Positions 1-14,100 of a DNA stretch of 64,000 nt are shown here, in pieces. This DNA is from Azolla caroliniana (taxonomy: Eukaryota > Plantae > Polypodiophyta). Location of the stretch: positions 35,898,001 through 35,962,000 of the forward strand of contig JBHGNT010000001.1 in the NCBI GenBank assembly GCA_043228905.1, written 5' to 3'. Each line of letters starts with the position of its first letter. The stretch's first letter is position 1. The position numbers were made by a program, and so were the translations under genes. The notes below the pieces were generated by a model. It was not told the DNA's origin. It ran no database searches and saw only the letters and a list, made by a program, of their open reading frames with translations.

Positions 1-2705
1 AATGTAAATTCCAATAGCAACGAAGAACGTGGTGAGGATATTATAATAGTTAGAGAAATTAGGTTTATTAGATAATTGTCATGTATAAGACTGAACTCTT
101 ATTTTTAATATTCATTCATGAATTGAATTGAATCGGGGGGCATACTGGTTTTGTTGGGGCATTCTTTTTTGAGAGAATTATGAATGAAGGTGAAACTCAA
201 GTGCTCTCTTTTCATGCTTTAGTATTCACATGAGATGGATGAACAAGTAAATATCCTGTACAAAGAGTAGATTTTAGGTATTTGACACAAAATATTTGAA
301 GCGTCAGTAGTTTTGGGACATATTCAGCAATATTCTTGTATGATGAACTCCCAACCCATTTATATTTGAATTATCTCGGAATGGTTCTCAATAATGATGT
401 TGATCATATATTGTGCCGTTGGTGTTGCAAATATGATGATGGCGACCTTAAAAATTAACTATTGTGAAGTTTATTTGAAGGTCAAAATTTTAAAAAACTA
501 ATTGTAGATGAAAAGCAATTAGGGCCATATCAATGAATATACCTAATATGGTACAACCAAGTAGCTGTAATGGCCATGATGAAATTTCATTAAGAAATTG
601 TTTGAAATCTAGTCAAGATGAGTAGGGTGCAAAGTTTATGAACTGGATGATTGACTTCACAATACAAGAAAATATAGGTTGTCTTAGCCTCAAGAAAACA
701 GATATGTTGAGAGAGCATTGACAAGATATATGCTACATGCATTAATGATAGCATAGCAAGTGGGTTGATAAACTCAATGAAGTTGGACATTTGAAGCTAA
801 TATACCTATAGACTGTCAATGTCACAAAAAATACTTAAATAACTTCAATGTACTGATTGTAGAACATCTAGCTCCATCAAGGGTATGTTAGATAAAAATG
901 CTAATGATGCAATTAGGGAACATAAATAAACTATTGTGGAGAGTAAAGATAATTACACGTTAGAGTGGAAAGCTCAATAAATGGATGCATATTTATGTGG
1001 GTTATTGTATGTTGTTGTCTTGTCGTGCTTAGGGTGCTTCAGAACAATTCTTCAACAACCTTTCAAGGTTTGATGCTTTGAGTATTATAAGCAACTCATT
1101 GGTGATTCTTGCATGGATCATACATCATGTATAAGTTGCCTCAAAATGTTTTTGTTGAGACCTTTGAAGGCAGCTATGCATTTCAATAAATTAAGGAATT
1201 CTAGGCTTCCATTCTTCCCATTCTATGATGCCCAAGTGTGAACCCAAAATTGTTATAGGAGCCTACCTTTACGCAACACCATTTAAAAACATAAAAGTAG
1301 TTGGCAACCCACAATAGACATTGTCCCTTATGTATAAGGGTGAAAGACTCTCAAAACCCTTGAGTTTTGCTCCTTTTTTCCCTAAACACCACAACAATTT
1401 TTATAATTCATATAGCAAGGATTCAACAACAATGTACCACGATTGAACAACTTAACCACTTAATCAATCGGGGTCAACTTTAGAAACTTATAAGCGGCTT
1501 GGTTCGGGTTTCATTTGGCTTGAGGATTCATTTTGGTTCAACTAGAGCCATCAACTTCATGACTAAATGACTTGACAATTACCTGAAATTTGAAGTATTT
1601 ATTAAAAATATGAATTAACTTCATAAATGATGCAATATAATAATATCGTGAAGTTTTACTTTGAACCCTAACAATTCTTCCGAGTTATTTCTCAAGTTTT
1701 AAAACAACAAACCTTTCTCAGGAGCCCATTGAATGGTTTAACAGTTTCCAAAACTCTATAACTGTTTAGTTTGAGCTTAAAACTCCTTCAAAACAGGTTA
1801 TTTTTTAAGGTTTCAGTATAAACATTTCAAGGTTTAAAGGTTTCATAATTCAAGTTTGATTCCGTTTTAGTTTCAAAACCATTTAATGTTTTCAATTGGA
1901 CACAGTCTGAGAAGTTGAGAATCATATACCAATCTGAAATATTGCCAATTAATATGTATAACCCTTTTAACTTGTCCTTTGTTTCGTCCACACAATAAGA
2001 CTATGCACTTAAGCAGAACGAAGCAGTGTTGAATTCTGCCTCTTAAGAACAGTGGTATAGCTTGACAAAATGTAGATATTTAAGTTTAAGAGCCATTTTT
2101 CTGACACCATATTTATATGATAGACAATGTTGTGCGTGCACACATTTATGCATGCCATATTGTCACCCATTTAATGTTAAAAGATTTCAAATGTATATAT
2201 TTAGACATACAGGTTAATAGGTTATGAAGAGTCTTCAGCACATAAGACCAATCACTGTATTGATAAAAAGAGTTTGATCAACTTCATCAGGCTACATAAG
2301 CACACATGAGCTTCAGTATGAGAAACGCAGCAAAAATTTAATATCCAACTACCATATTTTCAATGGTAAAATGAAAAAAATTGGACTAAAAAAGCGAACT
2401 AATCAAAAATAAATATGGTTTCTCATATCATACAGCTAGGATCTACTATATTGAGGACCAAAACCTAGGTGATAAAATCAGTGGAAGCCAACAATGTTTA
2501 ACTAGTAAAATACATCGCATTCAGTGGTTATATGTTTCTCTCTGTTTACAGAAGGGCAATCAAGAGCACCAAACAAAATTTAACATATTCCAATATGTAA
2601 CACCAGCATAGAACAATAGTTTTTTATATATACATATACTTGATTGGCTCCAGACATTCACAAATAACCAACTTTGTGCATGATATTGGCTAAAACTAGT
2701 TCTGA

Positions 2706-5700
2706 TTACATGTAAATCTTCTTGGGTAGCAACACTGGTACCTTTTTTATATCTGCCCGGCATATTGGACATAAACGTGTGCCCTTGAATAGCAACAAGG
2801 CACAACCAAGGCATAAGCATGCATAACCACATGGATGCAAGAGCGCACGATTTTCTTCAGTTAGTTCATCCCAGCACATTGCGCATTCAACACGTTCTAC
2901 CTGTGATTTATGGCAATTAAATATCAAATATTAGGTTTCATATATGTGCACGTATATGCATATATATACCAATGGAGAAAAGACAGCTTCATCTAGAATA
3001 AGTGATTTGGGTCATGGCAGAGATTGGATGTTCAACTCCCCAGTGCTGCCACAAATGGCATTTCAAAACTCCCAACTTACGAGGAAACAAAAAAGAAAGG
3101 GCAAAACATACCACAATATCTAAGATCTGGGGCGTTTATCTATGTTAAGAGGTATTCCAGTGAAGTCTCAAAACTTCAAGGTATACCAGTAAATAGCCAA
3201 CAAGGTATGGGTCATTTAGTCGTTATTTAATTAGTGAAGCAAAAATGTGCGACATTTTGGCAAATAAATAAATAAAACGAGAGGCACTTTGAATGTGAAA
3301 AAAATAACAAAAATAAAAATAAAAGGCACACACAGATAGACATAAAATATTATAATTCAACAAACCTTTTGTTCAAGATTTTGGTTTGTGGGTGCCTCTT
3401 CCTTGGGCCTCTTCAAATTCTCTTGCTTCACTAGCAGTTCTTCCAGCAACTTCTGTTTCTCATTCTCAGCCTCCTCCAAAAGCTGAAAAAAGCACTATTA
3501 AAGGTCATTTAAGATTTCAAAAATGTAATAACATATGATAAGATTTCAAAAATGTAATTGACCCAAAAATAAGCCTTTACTTCTCAACAACAAAGTACAA
3601 AGTACTTCTCTTTGGTTACCTGCATCGTCTCACGATGTTGTATCTCCTGCAACTCTGACTCCTGTTCATGTGCCCTTTTGTTGCACTCGGCCACACAGTT
3701 CTCTATAGTTTCCTTAAACAATTTTATTTTCTCAATAACTTGAAGCTCCTTTCGCAAAGCCTCTTGAGCCCTGTTGATCACATTCTATAACCAATTACCA
3801 ACATGTTGTATGCAGAGAGATATGAGTATGACATATGCATATGGACAATATTGATTATGGTCAGGCCTTAATCCCACAAAATAACAATGAGATATGTACA
3901 AAAGTGTCAAGTAAACACCAAAGTTCTTAAAGGCACTTCAAAATAAAGAATGTAAGTTTGAAGTGGAATGTCTTTAAGTTGCAGACAGTTAAACAGGGAT
4001 TGGATCGGTCTTGACCAACACCTTACAATTGCAGGTCATCCAGATGGAAAACCTTGTCCATTGGAAGAAATAAGCATTGCTTGATAGGCCACACAGAATC
4101 TGTCCAAACCACCAAAAGTTTTTTCCAAACCTCTGACCAGGTATTCCATCCTCCGGGTAAAAGTGATGCACATATTCTTTGTATAAGTGCTTTGGTGAGT
4201 GAGCAGGTTCATTATAAGTTTAAGGTTGTTTCCAACAATGGTCAGTCTAATTAATAGCACATATACGCTATCCAGTTTTTTATTCCAGCAATCTCTATGG
4301 CTGTCAGTTTGGTGGTTCAAACTGTAGCTTAGAAGTAATAAAATTGAGAGAATCCAAGTTCGATCATCTTCATGTGCTAGGCCCCGTATCATATATCAAA
4401 TTTGGTCTACCATGGACATCAAAAAAATATCTATCTATATCTACCATCTTACTATGTTCCAACATATATAGAAGTATTACAAAACAAAAAACACGTGTCC
4501 ATATGCATATGCATGGGTATATGTGTATTCATCCCACTAGTAAAATGTTGCATTCTAAAAATCAAAGTTCATACTCTTCTTGTCTTCTATCATTCGTCAA
4601 TTTCTGGAATTGTTTTTGCAAGTTTTTGATCTCAAGCATGCGTGCAATCTGCACTTCGTCCCATTGATTCTCGCTCTCTTCTAACTGTTGTTGTAATTTC
4701 TTGATTCAGGCAGTGCTCGTTGCCTTGGAAATTTGTATGTCCCTCTGAAATGTCTCTTCCAAGCTACACATCTGGCGAAAAAAAGAAGTAAATTTTGGTT
4801 TAAATTCATAAAACATTTATAAAAGGGCATCAAAGACTTTACTTTATTCTCATAATCTCTTGCTATCTGTTCTTTCCTCAGTTTTCGCTCCTCAATCTCA
4901 GATTGCGTACTGGAGACGAGTCTGTCAAAATGAGATTTCTTCAAATTGAACCGCTCCTCATCTTCAGTCAAGATCTCAACTTTGATCTGCATTTCTTTGA
5001 GTTGCGGTTGCTCATGGTCGTGTGCCTACAAGGACAGAACTGTATTTTCTTACAAACTAGATTCAAACAAGAGTCAATGGAACCATCACCATTGCACAAT
5101 TAACATCATTTGAGTAAATGATTGAGACAAGAAAAATCATTCTGACAGTAATCAAGCAGAAAATCACCTCTTTGGCCTTCCTCTGGGGCTCTCTTACTTT
5201 CTCATGGTAGCTCTCTTCTTTCCAATCGATCAACACTCTTTGTGGATCAATTTCCTTCATTGTTGATGGGATCATAAGAGCCATATGAATGGGATAAGGA
5301 AAACGCCGGTAATTGTTCCTTACAAATTCAGCATCCAAAAAGTCAAAATAATCTGCCTCAAACTCAAGGAGGCCTTCCCAACTCGAGACACAATGAAACT
5401 TTGCTGTTTGTGTATTCGGAAATTCTTTCCAAAAATCCGAAAGGAAACTCGGGGCAATATTGGAAATATTGACATTCTTGTCCTTGCACTGAATAGCAAG
5501 GATAGGCGGCCATACTATCAATCTATTCTTTGCAGCTTCAATGTTTAACGACACTGTGCGAGTGCCAATATGAGCATCAGCTCCATCCCGTGAGATTACA
5601 TTAGCTTGGAGAGCTTCTTTTATTGCATCTGCATAGCCTCAATGATGATGAACCTTCCGCTTCTTGAAGGTCTCAGCATGAGCTTGGAGAGCTTTCCACC

Positions 5701-5995
5701 CTTTGAACCATTGGATGTTCGGGCATATTGCACATGATCTCTCTTCTTTATCTGCAATTAAGTTAGTCTTATTGTCCCCAAATGTCTTCTTCACCATCTC
5801 TTTGAGGTCAGGAAAGTGTTTTACAAAAACTTTGTGCCTAATAGCCTTCTTGGCTTTAGCTTGTTCCTCATCATCTTCATCTTCATCATCATCATCATCA
5901 TCTTCTTCTTCTTCTTCTTCTTCTTCTTCTTCTTCTTCTTCTTCTTCGTTATCTAAATAGGGTCCATCATCATCAGAGAAGGGACGTTTCAGCAT
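2706..5995 (-). pseudogene. XS-domain (SGS3/IDN2-like) + coiled-coil + C-terminal RING protein gene, 6 coding exons, with 3 in-frame TGA stops (probable pseudogene)
   Basis: Exons 5995-5168, 5025-4843, 4771-4538, 3784-3620, 3482-3366, 2900-2706 join through GT-AG, all phase 0, about 573 codons. Acidic E/D tract, zf-XS-like CAICP..WKALQAHA..KVHHH*G, XS-type IVWPPILAIQ, coiled-coil exons, RING CAMCW..PCGYACLCLGC..CPICR. In-frame TGA at 5639-5641, 4706-4708 and 4562-4564 (the third depends on a weak GTGGGA donor). Probable 5'UTR intron ~6557-6003. Confidence 0.75.
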
Positions 5996-6925
5996 AGTTA
6001 GACTGGGGTTCAGGAAGAAGTTGATACCAAAAGAAGGAATATGATTTGACTTATATCAGAAAACAGAAATTTTTAATTTAGAAAAAATGTAAAAAATTAC
6101 AAAAGAAAGGGAAGAGATGTAAAAGATTCATATAAGACACAGAACATAATGCACTTAATATAGAAAGGGAAGAGAATCAAGCCGCCATGGCCGGGATCAG
6201 AAATTTCAGGAGCAAGAAATCATGTGGACTCGACAGATATGATGAAGGGTCAATTTCCTATTGGACACACCGTGGTTAATTTAATCCTACAATTATAGGC
6301 AAGAGGGAAAAAACATCAACCCAACATTCATGTATGGGATCACATGTGTCAGTTTCAGCAAGTTCCCAAAAGGGATTCTAAATCCACCAAACATGTCATC
6401 TAGGAGATAAAGAGATAACTCATTCTATAGATCTACGTAGATATGTAATCTAAGCTTCAAATCTTTTATTCCAAGTGTTTGATCTTTGTATCTGAAAAAA
6501 TATATATAGCTATGGCTATGGCTATACCAAAAGGTAAAGATAAAAACACCAAAATACCTGGTTTTTTACCCACTTGCGAGCACTTCAGAAAGTCGCATCC
6601 TTTGCTGTTGTTCCACCCACGAGAGACGGAGAGAGCGAGAGAGCACGCAGAGATGAAACGGAGAGAGAAAATGCTGCGCAGAAGAGAGCACGCAGAGAGA
6701 GAGAGAGAGAGAGAAACGAGATTCAAACTTTCCCTCGAAAAGTTACATTCTCTCTCCCTCTCTCTCTCCTTTTTTTTCTATTTTTAACTTTTATCTATCT
6801 TCTTTTGTTTTTCCCTACATCTAAAATATTGGACGGCCCCGATCGTCTACGATTTCCGAGACGAGTTCAGGGCCGTCCAAGCCCTAGATTCACGGGCTTC
6901 ACCTATTTAATGTTTCTCCCCCAAA

Positions 6926-7380
6926 TAGTGACGAGGGGTTCGGCATTGTGTACAAGCAGGCGAATCGATGTGCGAAGTGGCCGTGAAGAGGTTGAACAAG
7001 GAGGGGCTGAGGAAGAGCGACGAATTCTTCTCAGAGATCAAGATGATCAACATGCATGGAGCATCCATGCCTGGTGAACCTCAAGGGATGGTGCTACGAG
7101 AGAGGGGAGGCCATGCTGGTGTACCAATTCATGAGCAATGGAAGCCTGGCGGACCACTTATTCGGGAAGGGCAACTCCACCATGTTGACAAGCAAGATTA
7201 GGGTGCAGATCCTGAAGGGAGTGGCAGAAGCCCTGAACCATCTGCATTCGGCAGGTGCGGTGCACAGCAATGTGAAGGCCACGAACGTGCTGCTCACCTC
7301 TGAATTTGAGGCAATGCTGGGGGATTTTGGTCTGTTACGCCTGCTCAAGGACGACAATCATATGACCCAAACAATGACAG
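6926..7380 (+). pseudogene. Decayed kinase-domain fragment duplicated from the LecRK gene at ~60620-61100
   Basis: Near-identical to 60620-61100 (CEVAVKRLNKEGLRKSDEFFSEIKMINM...LLKDDNHMTQTMT). It has a deletion after VYK, a +1 frameshift near 7053-7060 and HRD changed to HSN; similarity ends abruptly at 7380. Confidence 0.9.
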
Positions 7381-8152
7381 TTTTTACTTTGGGTTTTATG
7401 TTCTCAATTTTTACTTTGACTACTTTGATCAAGTGAGCAATTTTCATAAATGCTTATAATTTCTAGACTTTTCCCTCTAAAAGCTCAATGAATGGACTCT
7501 CATATATCACAATCACAAAGTCAATTGGTTCAAGGTAGGGTAAGATTTATAAACATTTCATCAAAATACTTGTTCTCATCATTGAATGGTTTGATAAAAG
7601 AGGCTTCATGAGGAGAATCTGATCAAAAGCATCATAAACATTTGAGTGCATTTCTTTTATCCAATCACAAAGCCTAGCCGTTCTAGATAAGCTATAAATC
7701 ACAAAGGTTTCAGCATCAAGATATGTATTTCGCTAGGCTGCTTCACCTTTCTTCCATTGTTTTGTGGAGAAAATATGCTTTGGATGGGAATTTTAAATTA
7801 TTACTTGTGATGACTTTCCAACTGATGTGCTGGGCCGCACAGGATTTGGCAACAGTAATGAGTGGAAGAAATATCTAATACAATGATCTTGATCCACAGT
7901 TATCCATTCGCATATATAATGAAATATGCAGTATAAGTAGGATCAAAAACAGATTGATCTTATGGATCTTCTCTGTACATACCCAAAATGGATGATTTTT
8001 AACCTACATTAAGAAGGTATCTTAAACAATGTTATACCTTTTTACTTCTTCTCACCTCGGATTGCAAGGCAAGATTGTTCATTTGGTACATAGTAAAAAC
8101 CCAAGCTAAAATATATATAGAAATTTAGAATATCATACACAATACACAAATT

Positions 8153-11100
8153 CTATGTTTGATTTTCAATCTCTTTCATAGCTTCTCCAAGCTCATTAAC
8201 CTTCTGGAGAAGCATCTCTTTCTCCTTGAGCAATCGCGACAAATGGCAAGCCTTCTCTTGCTCCAACATTTCAATCTTTTCAATCCTTTTGCATATTGTA
8301 TGGGTGTCTGCAGTGGTGGCAGCCATGTTGCGCACCTCTCTCAGTAGATCTTTTATCTGGAGTAAACAAATATACACATTATTTAGGCATACAATAAGAA
8401 ATTTGTCTATTGCAAGAATGTTGCCAGCAATTATGTAAATACTATAATTTGCATTTCCCAAATTAGAACAAGGGCAGTTGCATCTGTCATTCAATAAAGC
8501 ATCTAAAACATAAATGGCATATGATGTAGAACAATAACAATTTCAATTTTATGCCTTTATTTTAAATAAAGCCAGCACTAGCGTCAAGTTCAGTCCTCTT
8601 TGTACCATTCTAGATTCTTTGACAAGCTTCGTATCAGGATTTTGAATCGAAGGTCGTAGATTTGTAATCTGCACATGGATCTCTCCCTTCTTTACACCTT
8701 GCAATGGAATCCATTTATCATCCATCTTGTTCGGTGGTAACCTGTTATACTCCACCTTGCAATTCCCAATAAGTTTATCTGGCAAGAGGTCATTATGGTC
8801 CTTAACATTAAGCACCAACGGTTCACCAGTATCAATGAACTTGAATGTTTCATGCCATTGAGGATGTAATGTTCTCTGAATAATCTATTTTAAATCATAA
8901 AAAACACCATAGAAACCTTGTAAAAGTATATATGGTATAAACTGAGCTGTCATTAACATTATTGAAATAACAGTTAATTTGCACCAAACAAATTCTCAAT
9001 TAAGAATTGAGAATGAAGAATTTTTTCTTGTCTTCACTATTTACCCGTGTTGTTTGCCTCTCACCCCCGTAATGAAGACTGACAAATGGATCACTGGTGC
9101 CACGCAAATCTGCTGCAATCAAATCACGAGCCTCTACGAGTGTTACCATCAGGACACGCTCCTTATGAGCATGTTCCCCAGTTGAATCATTCTGTACACA
9201 CAAAAGAAGTACCAACAGTATAAATCAACCAATCTTGGTCCTGAGTAACTAAACCATATGTTGTTAGTGTCAAGCAGTAGAGATTAAACACACAAAACAT
9301 AATATAAAACTTTCTTTTTTCTTTAACAAATAAGGGAAGAGTGAAAAACATGCCTGTAAATTTTCTACATCTGTTTCAAGGTCGGTTGTTTCTATAATCA
9401 GCCTTATTTCTCCTGTATTGATCTTTTCAAGAGGCACCCAAACATCCTTTCGAACTCCATCTTCCAGACCCACCATGCTAACTCGTGCACTTCCTAGATT
9501 CTCATCATTTAAATAATCAGAATCATAGCAATTCAACCGTAATCGCTCATTTTGTATCTCAGGAAATTCAAAACGCTCCTCCCAGACTGGATTCAGGTCC
9601 CCTTTTATGACCTTGGTTTTGCGGTCTAACTGCAAGTATTACAGGAAAACAGGGGAATCAATTGAAACAAGTAAACTTAAGATGGATGTTTTTAAACTTG
9701 GTAGCTTACTAAACCAGAAACAAACTATAAAATCAAAATTAAGTCGATATCCAGAGAAGTTTTGAAGAATTCAATGCTACTCAAGCCAAAACATTTATCT
9801 AGCTAAAAATCACAGGAAGCTCAGGTTCATAGTCAATTCTATTCTACCATATAAGAATGCCCTCCATATTCTGTAACGTGCGAGGAGTTTAATTCTATAG
9901 GTCAAAACTGAATCTATCCATATTTATTCCAAAAACTATTAGTCATCTACTGTCATATTCATACCTCAACTTTCTCTTTAATAAGCCTTCAGATTTAGAC
10001 TCTGATCACAATTGTGTGCAAAGCATTTATTGACCCTTTTGGTTGGACCAAGTGATGATCACAATACCCCATCCAGAAGAAATACCTGGTGTGGAAACTT
10101 AGGTTTCAGAATGTAAAAGATGCATTCCAATTTAGCAGCACCAAATCGAGTATTCTAGTAATGTATCTGCATTGGATGTGAGTATTTTCAGTAAATAGCT
10201 CTCCTTTTTCCTGTCAGAGAAAGCTTCAACCTTCAACCACATTCCATGTCCTGTTGAGGTGGGATATAATTCCAAGATTATCGCCTACTTTTGATTGATG
10301 AACCAAAGTACCTTTCCCAGGATGAAGCAAATCTTTTTTGGGTTTTAATCAAACCTAAAATTTGGGTTTTTGGAAAGGAAACCTTTCTCTCAATTTTGCC
10401 AGCACAAAAAATGAGAAACGTAAGGTGTGCTTCTGGTTTTTTCTGGCAACAGTTGGATTCCTACAGTACCACGACCTTCATCTAACCACCCTGCATGACT
10501 ATCAAAGTTGATAGCTGCACACCTAATAATCCTTGACATACCTCCTCAACTAGACTGCAGTTCTATAAAGAGTACTTTATCATATGGATCCAATGGTGTA
10601 TGGATCCAATGGTGTGTATAGGATTGACATACACCATCCACTCCCAGAGCCACATGTATTATAAGTCACATGAAAAAAGCGACACAAGGAGGTATCTGGC
10701 AGTGACAATGTCATGATGGGCAACTACATCTTCAAAGCTCTTGTCTCAGTCATAAACAATGATTTTCCATCTCCATCCAATATTCTATCACTATTATTCT
10801 GCATTGTTCACACACCATCCATTCCTCCCCTCTTCTCTCTCACTAACTCTTGATACTGCTCTCCCTTTGACTGAATCTTCATAATGATCAGATATTCCAC
10901 TTATAAAAAGAGCATCAAAACCTCCAAATTGATAAATTTGGCATATGCAATAATCTTAACATCCATTCTAATGAATAAGACTACTTAATCGTTTACCATG
11001 CACATGTCTATGAGCATGCTATTGGCATTTTTATTAGAAAAAAAATCATAAAAGGGACTTAACACCTTCCCATAGCGTAGCCGTACATAAGGATCACTTT

Positions 11101-14100
11101 TTCCATTCCTGTCTTTTGCAGCAAGATTTCTACCTTCTACAACTGTGATTCTTAAGATTCTCCCTGTGGATGTTCCATAGCTAGGGAATGATTGCAAGGA
11201 GCTTAATGAGGTTGAATCACCTACAGTCCTTGATCCATTCTTGAATTCCCATTCTTTCATCCGAAGCTTAATTGATAGCTGTGTCAAAAATGTAGTCGAG
11301 CAATAATGTTTATGAGAATGCTGTTTTAATTTGCACAAAGGACTTAACACTGTTTAAGTACCTTTGATTCAGAAAATCCATTAGTGGTTACATTGATGGG
11401 CATCTCCATTGCGATTTCCTTCCCACAACCCTCAGCACGATCAGCAAGTACCTGGTTATTTTCACCAGAAGCCCAAAATATAGTTGATCCATCATCTACA
11501 TATCTCACCTGCAGATCAAGGAAGTGATCAGAAATATAATATCTTAATGAACCCAATTATTATTTGATGTTTTTTCATTGAAAGGCAATGGTAGAAATAG
11601 TCAAGAACACAAACTATCTATAAGATACTGGCTCACCTTCACTTCACAAGTGCCAAAATAGTCATACTTCACATTGCTCGAGAGCTGCTGATATATATTG
11701 AAACGGATCGTTCCTACATTCTCATGTAAGACCATATGAAATGTTTCATTCCATTTTGGTGAGCCCGAATGTTTCATGGCCTGCGTGCTCCTAGTCAAAC
11801 CTTCTAAATTAACATCGACATATGTATTCAATTGTCTGGTCACAGAACCTGTTTCAGGGCTCCCAGATCCATTTGTATATGCTTTTGAACCTCCATGACC
11901 AGATCCATTTGTATTTATTCTTCCATGAGAACTCCCAGTCGAACTTATATTTAACTTTCTGTCAGATTGTGTCCGTCCACTTCCAACAAAATACATGTTT
12001 TCTGCTGATACAACTGATACACAGATTACTCCACCAGTAGCATGCTTTTTCATGCTCACAGCTGCAAGAGGGAAGCACATCCTTTGAGGTTCAACCATAG
12101 TCCGTGTCATTGTTTCTAGAAACAACTTTTCCTGATTACAAAGATAAAAAAAAGAGTATCTTTACAAGATTCACTAAGTATGAAAATGACAATTAGCTCA
12201 TATTAAGACAAAGTTAGTATTTTGATATCAATATTGTATTAATCCCCAAAATTTTGATCTAGAAGATGCATCATATATAGGGAAGCATGTGCTCATGACA
12301 GAGTCAAGCTTCTAGCCTTATTCAAACTCTTCTCTTTGATCAATAAACCAAGTATAAATTGATCAATGGATGGAAACATAAATCTATTTTTTAGCAGAGT
12401 ACTTCATGAAGGAGACATGTGTCCCTTTTGTGTCGGTCACGTGTTTTCTTATGAACAAAGAAAAATGAAATTTGTAGCAATAACAACTGAGTACTTTATT
12501 TGTAACCAAAGTCAAGTATTCTCTATACATGAGGGTATGAAAACCTTACCAGCCAAGATGCAAGCAGAGGAAGTTCTGTCGCTGGGAGAGATTGTCCTCC
12601 ACCTCCAAATGCCAGACCAATTCGAACCTCAGGAGAATTTGTAAAGGAATAAACAAATGCTTGACCATCAAGGATTGGTACAATCCGAAGCTGTAGTTTC
12701 ATGTCATTGCTTTATATTTTTTCATAATAAAGTAGGAGAGAGAGAGAGAGAGAGAATGAATGGCAGAGCATACATCACCCTTGATATGAAGATTGTTGAT
12801 AACGAAACGAGCCATGCCCCCGAATGGGCCTGCCAGTTTTGCTGCTAAGAGAATCTTCATATCCATTGTATCCCATTCAAAGCGCATTTGCAAAATTTCC
12901 TTTAATTCATGTCAATGACATCAGAATTTCTGTCAATGGAAAATACTATTGCACAGCATTCAGCTGCAAAATAAATATGGTGTGATACATAATAATCCAG
13001 ACTATAAAAACAAACTTCTTCATTTTATGAGTGTCGGCAGAAATGTGACCATATAGAATTTCATGCATGCAAAGAAAATTCCCTAGGTGGAACGGAGGTT
13101 TTATTTCCTCCATAGGCATGTAAAAAAAACGAATTGCAAAAAACTACCAAAAGTAGCATATTTTTACCTTATCAGATTCAGTAGACCAATATACCCTTTG
13201 CAACCCCAAACTAGGAGGACATGTGCCAAGAAAGAATTCTTTGAGTTCAATGCTTCGCTGCAAAGGGCAGTTTGCAAGTTGTAATAAAAAATTTATTTTC
13301 CTTAAGAAAAGCATTGTCAAATGAGCAGGTAATTGTACATACAAATATGTGTGGCTTCTTCTCCTTAAACCTCTTCTGCATATTACAATAGAAATAGGTA
13401 TTATTCAACAAATCTAATATTCAAAGCATTGAGAATTTCCATTGAGAACTCTCGGGATAAAATTTAAAGAGAGAGAGAGAGTGAGAGTGAGTGTGTGTGT
13501 GTGTGTGGCTGTGTGTAGCTTAGACTTGGGCAGATATGGAGAAAGAGACAATTCAAATCAAAGATTGTCTGAAATTGACCGTCATCATTGCAGAAAACAT
13601 GTTTGATAGTTTCGGCTCCATGTAACCAGACCACATATTAGCCATCAACCTATTCATCCATTCACACGGTTCCAAAGGTGTTCTTGTCTGCAAATAAGAC
13701 AATTGACCTCAAAACTGAAATCTTTTAACAATGTTGCAGCTTCTCTAGATTGTATCATTGCATGTCACTAAATGCATGTAAAAGATGGAACATAAATCAT
13801 ACTGATGTGTATAGAATATGCCGTTTCCACTTGTCGTTTAGATCCTGAAGCGTAGTATCATATTTATATCTCCGATACTGCAACAGGCATGAAGTTATTT
13901 AAGATTTGTAAACCCTAAACTATTTCACAATAATGCAAGGTCATATTTCATGATGACTTGTTACATACCACATATAGATCAAGTAAACATCGACAATTCT
14001 TCAACAAATACATTATTGAGTTTGGCACGACCACAGACAATGTTTTAAATCCATCACAAAACCTTGTGAACAAATATAGTTTGGTAGCTTGGCATGACAA

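Noticed and set aside
1-1900. Possible decayed transposon-derived sequence at the window start
   Set aside because: No recognisable protein motif or defined termini.
4036-4392. Intronic ORF with TFTRR..GLDRFCV, reminiscent of a LINE endonuclease
   Set aside because: Too short and degenerate to support a call; it does not fit the exon chain of the host gene.
5870-5950. (TCT)n/(TCA)n microsatellite and poly-Ser ORF on +
   Set aside because: Antisense of the poly-Glu/Asp tract in the XS-RING first coding exon.
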